Below are positions 58,055-64,000 of a stretch of 64,000 nucleotides of DNA, in pieces; positions within the stretch are counted from its first letter, which is position 1; every line of letters begins with the position of its first letter. The stretch comes from an uncultured Clostridia bacterium. GTDB lineage: Bacteria > Bacillota > Limnochordia > DTU080 > RSA5. Location: NCBI GenBank assembly GCA_964424335.1, contig CAYRIY010000004.1:9068-73067 (forward strand). Reading direction: 5' to 3'. The position numbers were made by a program, and so were the translations under genes. The notes below the pieces were generated by a model. That model ran no database searches. It was given only the letters and a program-made list of their open reading frames with translations, and was not told where the DNA came from.

Positions 58055-59776
58055 TTGTTAGAGTGGTTGACCGGGGCAAGGATGGCGGAAATGGCGCGCG
58101 CCATGGCGTCCTCGTTGGAGCGAGAAAAGGGGAGAATCGACCAACTCAACGTTTTCCCTGTTCCCGACGGCGACACGGGCACCAACATGTCCCTCACGGT
58201 GCGGGCCGCCGTCATGCGCTTGAATGGGGAAAACGGGGATCGTGAGGAGTCCGACCTTTCGCACGTGTTGTCCACGTTGGCGGAAGGGGCGCTCCTCGGG
58301 GCAAGAGGCAACTCGGGAACGATATTGTCGCAATACTTCCAAGGGCTCTACGACGGAGGCAAGGGGCGCCAAAAAGCGGGGCCTCACGACCTCGCCCACT
58401 GCTTGAGCAGGGCGTCAGAGGCTGCGTACCTTTCGGTTGAGACGCCTGAGGAAGGGACCATTTTGACGGTCGCTCGAGCCGCTGCGGAGGCGGCAAAGGA
58501 GTCCGCTGCGCGCGGCGCGGACGTGATCGGGGTATGGGCGTCCGCACTCGAACGGGCACGCGTCGTCCTGGACGAGACTCCGACGATGCTTCCCATATTG
58601 GGAGAAGCCGGGGTCGTCGACGCCGGCGGCGAGGGATTGGTCGTCATGCTGGACGCTGCTTTGCGCGCTTTGCGGGGGGAGTACGTTGCAAGCGACCTTG
58701 GCCGCGCCGCGGACTCACGCAGCAATGCGTCCCCCCATGTAGCGCACTCGCCGCACGGTGACGTAGGCCATTTGACTGCCGGCGACGCCCACAATCGCCA
58801 CGCCATCACGGCGAGCGAGATCGAGTACGGCTACTGTACGGAATTCCTCATCCGCGGCGAGAGGCTTTCAAGGGACGCCATTCGGGCTCGCCTTGCTCCT
58901 TTGGGAGACTCACTCATGGTGGTAGGCCAAGAGTCCCTCGTCAAGGTGCACTTGCACACCAATAACCCGGGCCTCGCCCTCGAAGTAGGATGTGAGCTCG
59001 GCCAGATCTCATCGGTGAGCGTTGGCAACATGTGGGAGCAAAATACGGCCGCAGCGTCTGACGCACACGCCGCCGCCAGGAACAACGTCCCGCGTCCGTC
59101 GCCAAAGTCGGCCCAATCCGGTGAATTCGGAGTGCTCGCTGTCGTTTGGGGCGCCGGCTTTGCAGAGATCTTGGAAAGTCAGGGCGTTTCGACGCTCCTG
59201 CAGGCACATGGCGGCTCCAAGCCGAGTACGGGCGAGATCCTCGAGGCGATCGAGCAAATGCCGCAGGAGCACGTCATCCTCCTTCCAAACAGCAAGGACG
59301 TCGTGCTTAGCGCGCAGCAGGCGGCAAAGATAACGCAAAAAGCCGTGCGCGTGCTGCCGACATCTAATGAGGCGGAAGCCGTAGCCGCCTCCGTCTGCAT
59401 CGTTCCGGGCGCGTCTGTCGACGACGTCTGGCGCGAGATGAGCTCGACCATTGCGGAGCTTAAAGTAGCAGCCCTCACGCAGGCGATTCGCGATGCCAGC
59501 GTGGGAGGGGTCCCGGTGCAGGAGGGCGCGTTTATCGGCTTGGTGTCGGGCAAAGTATTGGCTTCAGGTATCGAGCTCTCTCCCGTCCTTGTCGATCTGA
59601 TCCGATCGCTGGACCCCGACCCCGGTCAGTTGGTAACGCTCTTTCACGGCGCGAGCGTCGACCCATCCGATGTCGAAGCGCACCTTGCGGCGCTGCGCTC
59701 CCGGTGGGACGATGTCGAGTTTGAAGCCTATTACGGAGGACATCAAATCTACCACTACGTGCTCAGCGTGGAGTAG
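58055..59776 (+). CDS. DAK2/DhaL-domain protein with a C-terminal DegV/DAK1-like domain (YloV homolog)
   Basis: N-terminus NVFPVPDGDTGTNM (DhaL ADP-binding). 573 aa. Confidence 0.8.
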   Translation: MLEWLTGARMAEMARAMASSLEREKGRIDQLNVFPVPDGDTGTNMSLTVRAAVMRLNGENGDREESDLSHVLSTLAEGALLGARGNSGTILSQYFQGLYDGGKGRQKAGPHDLAHCLSRASEAAYLSVETPEEGTILTVARAAAEAAKESAARGADVIGVWASALERARVVLDETPTMLPILGEAGVVDAGGEGLVVMLDAALRALRGEYVASDLGRAADSRSNASPHVAHSPHGDVGHLTAGDAHNRHAITASEIEYGYCTEFLIRGERLSRDAIRARLAPLGDSLMVVGQESLVKVHLHTNNPGLALEVGCELGQISSVSVGNMWEQNTAAASDAHAAARNNVPRPSPKSAQSGEFGVLAVVWGAGFAEILESQGVSTLLQAHGGSKPSTGEILEAIEQMPQEHVILLPNSKDVVLSAQQAAKITQKAVRVLPTSNEAEAVAASVCIVPGASVDDVWREMSSTIAELKVAALTQAIRDASVGGVPVQEGAFIGLVSGKVLASGIELSPVLVDLIRSLDPDPGQLVTLFHGASVDPSDVEAHLAALRSRWDDVEFEAYYGGHQIYHYVLSVE

Positions 59777-59782
59777 CGCGCC

Positions 59783-61741
59783 ATGCCCGATCTCACCGTC
59801 GTTCCTGGCGTCGGTAAAGCGTCCGTCGCCAGGCTCGAACGACTCGGCATCCACGATACGGACGGGCTCCTTTTCCACCTGCCCCGGCGTTACTTGGACC
59901 TGCGACCCGTGGCGATCGGAGCGATCGACGATGATCTCGAGTGGGTAACCGTGAAGGGGCGCGTGGCGCGCGCTCACGCCCGCAGGACCAAGAGGCGCGG
60001 CCTGTGCCTAGCGGAAGCGGAGATCGAGGACGACACCGGTTCGCTCCGATTGGTTTGGTTTTTCCAAGCGCCTTTCCGCCGGGATCCAAAACCGCCGATT
60101 GACGCCGGTTCGAAGTGCATTGTAACCGGGCGCGTTCGCAGGTCGTGGGACGGCGTTCAACTCCATGACGTCATCATTCACCCCAAGACGCCGACCGAGG
60201 CCTTTTTGCCGATCTATCCGCTCTCCGAGGGCCTGAGTCAAAAGCGCCTGCGCACGTGGATCCTGTGGGCGCTCGATCATGCAGCGCCCGAAGAGACGCT
60301 TCCGCATTCTTTGCTCGAGCAGGCCAAGACGCCGACCCTTGCGCAAGCGCTCGACATGGCGCATCGGCCAAGCAGGCCTGAGGACCCGGAGGAAGGGCGG
60401 CGACGTCTCGCATTGGGCGAGCTCTATGCCTATTACAAGGAGGCCGAAGCGGAGCGTCGGCGCGCTGCGTCGGGCATCGCGCTATCTTGTCCCGAGTCGC
60501 TCATGCCGATCGAGGAGTTTGAACGTGCGCTGCCGTTCACTTTGACCGAGGCGCAAAGGCGCGCCCTGGCAGAGGTGTCGGGGGACATGGAGCGAACTCG
60601 TCCGATGCGTCGGCTGCTCAATGGCGACGTGGGCTCAGGCAAGACGGTCGTCGCCGCATACGGGGCGCTGCGCGCGGTCCTTGCCGGAGGCCAGGCGCTC
60701 TTCCTTGCTCCGACACGCCTCCTTGCCGAGCAACACCAGCGGACCGTGCGGTCGTTGCTCTCCCCATGGAGCGTGCGCGTGGAGCTCATCGTAGCGGGGA
60801 TGGACGCAGAAGAACGCCGCAATGTCGTCGACGCGGCGGCAAACGGCGTTCCCATGATCGTTGTCGGCACCCACGCGCTGCTCTCGGCCGAATTTACGGC
60901 TTCAAAGGCGTTTTTTGGCGTCATCGACGAGCAGCACCGGTTTGGGGTGGACCAGCGCGCCGCATTGGATCGCGAAGGGCGCATGCACATTCTGGCAATG
61001 AGCGCCACGCCGATCCCCCGGACGCTCGCCATGGCGCTGTTTGCCGAGATGGATGTCACGTTGCTCGACGAGCGCCCGGTCGGCAGAAAGCCGGTCGACA
61101 CACGCTGGATTCATCCGCAAAAGAGAGAAGAGGTTTACGCGTTCGTCCGCAAGCAGGTCGCGCTCGGTCGGCAGGCCTACGTGGTCTGTCCCAGGGTAAA
61201 CCCTGAGACAGGCGAAGAAGACGACGGCGCAGCGGCCGAAACCTTTGCGGCAAGGCTCGCCTCGACGTGGCTCGCAGACCTCAATGTCGGGCTTGTGCAT
61301 GGCCGCATGTCTGCCCAAGAGCAAGAGACGACCATGCGTGCGTTTTGCGAGGGCGCGCTCGACGTCCTCGTGTCGACGACGGTCATCGAGGTCGGCGTCG
61401 ACGTTCCTAATGCCTCGGTGATGGTCATCGAGCGGGCAGATCTGTTTGGCCTTGCGCAATTGCACCAGCTTCGAGGTCGGATTGGCAGGGGCAATCACCA
61501 AAGTTACTGCCTGCTTGTAACCGACCCACAGACGACGAGCGCGCTCCGCCGCGTCAACGTATTGCGTAAGTACGACGACGGCCGCCGCATCGCGGAGATC
61601 GACCTCGCCGCCCGGGGGCCGGGCGAGTTTTTGGGCCTGAGGCAATCAGGTCGCTCCGACTTTAGGTTTGTCGATTTTACAAAGGATATCGGTTTGATGG
61701 AGTCTTTGCGAGCGTGGCGAGCAAAGAGCGCAAGGCATTGA
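59783..61741 (+). CDS. recG: ATP-dependent DNA helicase RecG
   Basis: Wedge-domain N-terminus, Walker A GDVGSGKT, DEQHRFG, and the C-terminal QLRGRIGRG. Confidence 0.9.
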   Translation: MPDLTVVPGVGKASVARLERLGIHDTDGLLFHLPRRYLDLRPVAIGAIDDDLEWVTVKGRVARAHARRTKRRGLCLAEAEIEDDTGSLRLVWFFQAPFRRDPKPPIDAGSKCIVTGRVRRSWDGVQLHDVIIHPKTPTEAFLPIYPLSEGLSQKRLRTWILWALDHAAPEETLPHSLLEQAKTPTLAQALDMAHRPSRPEDPEEGRRRLALGELYAYYKEAEAERRRAASGIALSCPESLMPIEEFERALPFTLTEAQRRALAEVSGDMERTRPMRRLLNGDVGSGKTVVAAYGALRAVLAGGQALFLAPTRLLAEQHQRTVRSLLSPWSVRVELIVAGMDAEERRNVVDAAANGVPMIVVGTHALLSAEFTASKAFFGVIDEQHRFGVDQRAALDREGRMHILAMSATPIPRTLAMALFAEMDVTLLDERPVGRKPVDTRWIHPQKREEVYAFVRKQVALGRQAYVVCPRVNPETGEEDDGAAAETFAARLASTWLADLNVGLVHGRMSAQEQETTMRAFCEGALDVLVSTTVIEVGVDVPNASVMVIERADLFGLAQLHQLRGRIGRGNHQSYCLLVTDPQTTSALRRVNVLRKYDDGRRIAEIDLAARGPGEFLGLRQSGRSDFRFVDFTKDIGLMESLRAWRAKSARH

Positions 61742-61783
61742 CCGGCCGCAGCCGCTCCGCTAGACCCGAGGAGGAAGACCAAA

Positions 61784-62650
61784 GTGAACGTCCACATCGT
61801 CACCGACTCAACGTCGGACTTGTCGGCTTCGTTGCTTGAGGAGTACGGCGTCGCTCGCCTCATTCACATCGTACCGCTCACGGTACACTTCGGAGACGAG
61901 GAGTTTCAAAGCGGCGTAGATTTGTCCACGTCCGAGTTTTATGCGCGCCTCGAAAAGGCCGAGGTGATGCCGCGCACGTCACAGCCGTCACCTGCGGCCT
62001 TTATCGAGTTGTACAAGACGATCTCAAAGCCTGGCGATACGATCCTCTCCTACCATATTTCAAGCAGGCTGAGCGGTACCTTCCAGTCCGCCCTCCTCGC
62101 AACCAAGCAATTTAGCGACCGCCGGATCGAAGTGGTCGATACAAAGTCTGCCTCGATGGGGCTTGGCATCATCGCGCTCAGAGCCGCGCTCGGCCTCGTG
62201 CAAGGCGAATCGGCCGACGCCGTGCTCAATATGAGCCGTGAGTGGATCGCGAACGGCCGGGTTTACTTCTTGGTCGACACCCTCGATTACCTCCAAAAAA
62301 ATGGCCGCATCGGACGCGCCCAGGCGCTTGTTGGCGGACTACTCAACGTAAAGCCGATCCTAACCCTCGATGACGGCGTGGTCACGCCGCTCGAAAAAGC
62401 GCGCGGCCAGGCCAAGGCGAGGGGGCGCGTCCTCTCGCGCGTGGTTGAGTTTTTGCAGACCCAATCAGGCGGATCGCCCGGGCCGTTTGCCGCCGTGGTC
62501 CACGCCCGAGCGCCCGAAGATGCTGAGGCGCTCCGCGAAAAGCTTCAGTCTGAGTTCCCAAACATTACGTTCCTCATCGGCGAACTCGGCCCCACGGTAG
62601 GCACGCATGCGGGCCCGGGAACGCTTGGCGTCGCTTGTTTCGGCTGTTAG
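61784..62650 (+). CDS. DegV-family fatty-acid-binding protein
   Basis: MNVHIVTDSTSDL...ILSYHISSRLSGTFQSA. Confidence 0.85.
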   Translation: MNVHIVTDSTSDLSASLLEEYGVARLIHIVPLTVHFGDEEFQSGVDLSTSEFYARLEKAEVMPRTSQPSPAAFIELYKTISKPGDTILSYHISSRLSGTFQSALLATKQFSDRRIEVVDTKSASMGLGIIALRAALGLVQGESADAVLNMSREWIANGRVYFLVDTLDYLQKNGRIGRAQALVGGLLNVKPILTLDDGVVTPLEKARGQAKARGRVLSRVVEFLQTQSGGSPGPFAAVVHARAPEDAEALREKLQSEFPNITFLIGELGPTVGTHAGPGTLGVACFGC

Positions 62651-62672
62651 GGATATATAGGGAGGAGCGCCA

Positions 62673-63224
62673 ATGGTTCGAGTGATCTCGGGAAGCGCCA
62701 AAGGCGCGAAGCTGCGCGCGCCCAAGGGCCACGCAACTCGCCCTACCTTAGACAGAATCAAAGAGTCGCTGTTCAACATCTTGGGCGACGTGCAGGGCGC
62801 TCGGGTACTCGACCTTTACGCCGGCACCGGCGCCTTAGGCATCGAGGCGCTCAGTCGTGGGGCAAAGCACGCCGTGTTTGTCGAGCGCGATGGACGCGTG
62901 GCGGCGATCATCCGCGAAAACCTCGCGCACACGAAACTCGAGGCGTCGGCCGTCGTCATTCGGGGCGAGGCGCCGCTTGCCTATGATCGCTTGGCCGCGT
63001 TCGGTCCGTTCGACCTCGTCTTCGTTGATCCGCCTTACGACATGGGCCAAGTCGCGAAAGCTCTCATTTGGCTCGACGAAAGCCCGCTGCTCGCGGACCG
63101 GGCGCGTGTCGTGGTCGAACGGGGAGCCGTGGAGGAGATCCCCCCCAATCTGAAGAACTTGAAATCGTTTCGCGAAAAGGTGTACGGCGAGACGGTCCTG
63201 AATCTATTCGTAAACTCTGATTGA
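62673..63224 (+). CDS. rsmD: 16S rRNA m2G966 methyltransferase
   Basis: MVRVISGSAKG..L..P.G..TRPT.DRIKESLFNIL, VLDLYAGTGALGIEALSRGA, VFVDPPY. Confidence 0.85.
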   Translation: MVRVISGSAKGAKLRAPKGHATRPTLDRIKESLFNILGDVQGARVLDLYAGTGALGIEALSRGAKHAVFVERDGRVAAIIRENLAHTKLEASAVVIRGEAPLAYDRLAAFGPFDLVFVDPPYDMGQVAKALIWLDESPLLADRARVVVERGAVEEIPPNLKNLKSFREKVYGETVLNLFVNSD

Positions 63225-63257
63225 GCAAAATTCGCTCTTTTAGGCGAGAGGGAAGAC

Positions 63258-63755
63258 ATGCGCAAAGCAATTTATCCCGGAAGCTTCGACCCGATCACAT
63301 TCGGGCACCTCGACATCATTCGGCGGGCCGCCAAACTATTTGATCACGTGTACGTCGCCGTGATGACCAACGTTCGCAAGCAATCCCTCTTTACGATTCC
63401 GGAACGTCTCGAGATGCTCGAGGAATCGACCTCCGACTTGCCCAACGTGACGTGTGAAACCTTTGACGGGCTCGCCGTCGAGTACGCCCGGAAGCGCTCG
63501 GCTGTCGCGATGGTCCGTGGACTGCGCGCCGTGAGCGACTTTGAGGAAGAGCTAAAAATGGCAACCGCCAATCGCCATTTGGACCCGGGAATCGAAATGG
63601 TGTATCTGATGACCAACAGCGAACATTCGTTTTTGAGCTCGAGCATTGTTAAAGAGGTGGCCAGCATGGGCGGCTCTGTCGGCGACTGGGTGCCCGAGCC
63701 GGTCGCGCAGCGTTTGAAATCGAAATTCTCCCGGAAGGGGCCCGAATCGCTTTGA
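63258..63755 (+). CDS. coaD: Phosphopantetheine adenylyltransferase
   Basis: AIYPGSFDPITFGHLDII (H/TxGH nucleotidyltransferase motif). Confidence 0.9.
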   Translation: MRKAIYPGSFDPITFGHLDIIRRAAKLFDHVYVAVMTNVRKQSLFTIPERLEMLEESTSDLPNVTCETFDGLAVEYARKRSAVAMVRGLRAVSDFEEELKMATANRHLDPGIEMVYLMTNSEHSFLSSSIVKEVASMGGSVGDWVPEPVAQRLKSKFSRKGPESL

Positions 63756-63760
63756 ACCGA

Positions 63761-64000
63761 ATGAACTTGGTGATCCTCCTCGACCGCTTAGATCAATTGA
63801 TCGATTCGGCTCCCGAAATCCCGCTTACGGGAAAGAGCTTGATCAACGCCGAAGAGGCCTTGGACCTTATCGACAAGATCCGCAACACGCTGCCTGAAGA
63901 GGTGAAACGGGCCGAATGGCTCACGTCCGAGAAGGATCGGATGCTAAAAGAGAGCCAGGTCGAGGCTGAGCGCATCGTCGTTCAGGCAGAAGAGTACGCA
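63761..64000 (+). CDS. Hypothetical protein, 3'-truncated at the window end
   Basis: An ATG at 63761 sits 5 nt after the coaD stop. The open frame MNLVILLDRLDQLIDSAPEIPLTGKSLINAEEALDLIDKIRNTLPEEVKRAEW... is helical and charged and runs to the window end. Confidence 0.4.
   Translation, partial: MNLVILLDRLDQLIDSAPEIPLTGKSLINAEEALDLIDKIRNTLPEEVKRAEWLTSEKDRMLKESQVEAERIVVQAEEYA

Overview
This 64 kb window comes from a high-GC (roughly 65%) Gram-positive endospore former; a clear spo0A is present. No rRNA, CRISPR array or intact transposase was seen. The gene content, in order, is as follows.

(1) lspA (5' truncated) and rluD.

(2) A pyrimidine operon, pyrR-pyrB-pyrC-pyrF-carA-pyrK-pyrD-pyrE, preceded by a PyrR-type attenuator. 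carB is absent from the operon.

(3) purE.

(4) An ~11.5 kb block (9672..21223) of nine or ten tightly packed minus-strand genes, wedged between purE and purB. It holds five YheC/YheD-family ATP-grasp paralogs, one RimK-like ATP-grasp ligase whose start is coupled to the stop of a GT4 glycosyltransferase, and two ~460-aa paralogs of an uncharacterised family. These two combine a degenerate ATP-grasp-like N-terminus with a C-terminal domain carrying invariant GAD-x-EF, GYD-x-Q and GGHIHFS motifs. There is also a small membrane ORF. This is the best candidate for an undescribed amidoligase/peptide-tagging and glycosylation system, possibly acting on the spore surface.

(5) purB-purS-purQ-purL-purF-purM-purN-purH-purD. 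purK and purC are missing from the window, and purH encodes only the N-terminal IMP-cyclohydrolase domain.

(6) A yloA-to-rpe-like syntenic block: rqcH, TPR protein, Ca-ATPase, yicC, remA, gmk, rpoZ, priA, def, fmt, rsmB, rlmN, PP2C, STPK, rsgA, rpe. Embedded in it are actinobacterial-type modules: an mIHF-like gene upstream of remA-gmk-rpoZ, and an fhaA-fhaB-pstP-rodA-pbpA-pknB-type six-gene cluster.

(7) spo0A in an unusual position, next to a minus-strand tRNA-Pro(CGG) and a truncated integrase N-terminal fragment.

(8) rpmB (minus strand), a DAK2/YloV-like gene, recG, degV, rsmD, coaD and a 3'-truncated ORF.

Most other ORFs in the six-frame track are antisense artefacts of the high GC content.
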